A stretch of DNA of 26,854 nt from an uncultured Methanosarcinales archaeon (lineage in GTDB: Archaea; Nanobdellota; Nanobdellia; Woesearchaeales; CAYSVS01): positions 62,001 to 88,854 of the forward strand of contig CAZPRK010000005.1 in NCBI GenBank assembly GCA_964589485.1, written 5' to 3'. Position 1 is the first letter of the stretch, and the number at the start of each line of letters is the position of its first letter. The notes beneath the pieces were generated by a model. The model saw nothing but the letters and a program-made list of their open reading frames with translations, searched no databases and was not told where the DNA came from. Shown piece by piece: positions 26,557 through 26,854 of the stretch. A program made the position numbers and the translations under genes.

Positions 26557-26586
26557 ATAATCATTTTTAATATCTAAATTATCCAG

Positions 26587-26854
26587 TCAAACAGGAGAAT
26601 CAGGTAAAAACTGATCATGTTCTACTTTAATTTTTTGCAACATCCATTTATTATCATTACAATCCCATTCTCTGTTTATTTTCTTACAAGCATATGCTGC
26701 GATATAGTATTCATCTTCAGGCAAATTTTTACCTTTTAATCTAAAAGTTTCACTAGCTTTTCCATTAATCCAATTATAACCTTTCATAGCTATACGCCCA
26801 TCTAATTCAATCTCCTGCCATTTATTATCCAAATAAACATAAGCTAGCTTCCAA
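26587..26854 (-). CDS. Proximal part of the same reading frame (5' end outside window), Trp/Cys-containing extracellular-type domain
   Basis: Frame is open to the window edge (WKLAYVYLDNKWQEIEL...YACKK...WDC...KW) and ends in TGA at 26587-26589. Confidence 0.65.
   Translation of the reverse strand, partial: WKLAYVYLDNKWQEIELDGRIAMKGYNWINGKASETFRLKGKNLPEDEYYIAAYACKKINREWDCNDNKWMLQKIKVEHDQFLPDSPV

Noticed and set aside
26587..26589. Genome-wide TGA reassignment or selenocysteine as an explanation for the in-frame stop
   Set aside because: TGA terminates conserved genes at expected lengths (herA 11007-11009, mre11 9796-9798, rpl40e 24472-24474), Trp is encoded by TGG, and the codon lies in a linker with no redox-motif context.
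1..26854. CRISPR array, tRNA/rRNA genes, IS elements or provirus
   Set aside because: No regularly spaced repeats, no GC-rich structured intergenic segment, and no transposase, integrase or capsid motifs; intergenic gaps are short and AT-rich.

Overview
Very AT-rich, tightly packed archaeal chromosomal segment. Archaeal markers are aIF-1A, aIF-5A, ribosomal protein L40e (missed by the ORF track), Bud32, HerA-Mre11, Trm11 and TATA-box promoters. The streamlining and the style of the hypothetical proteins suggest a DPANN archaeon, probably Woesearchaeota-like (inference). Housekeeping genes (map, hisS, bud32, eif1a, herA, mre11, trm11, trmJ, S2P, rpl40e, eif5a) are interleaved with cell-envelope and uncharacterised genes. 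Highlights: (1) both core enzymes of the bacterial lipoprotein pathway, Lgt and LspA, sit among archaeal genes with archaeal expression signals; (2) a 603-aa protein has a mirror-image architecture of degenerate MNT, intact MNT, intact HEPN, degenerate HEPN; (3) a large surface-protein reading frame is interrupted by a single in-frame UGA; (4) a 1715-aa glycosylated surface subtilase appears to carry its protease module as an insertion; (5) a bacterial-type CtlX-like amidinotransferase has altered active-site motifs; (6) there is a PIN plus HTH pair with a convergent RHH gene. I found no tRNA, rRNA, CRISPR array or transposase. All family assignments come from motif recognition by eye; no database searches were run.
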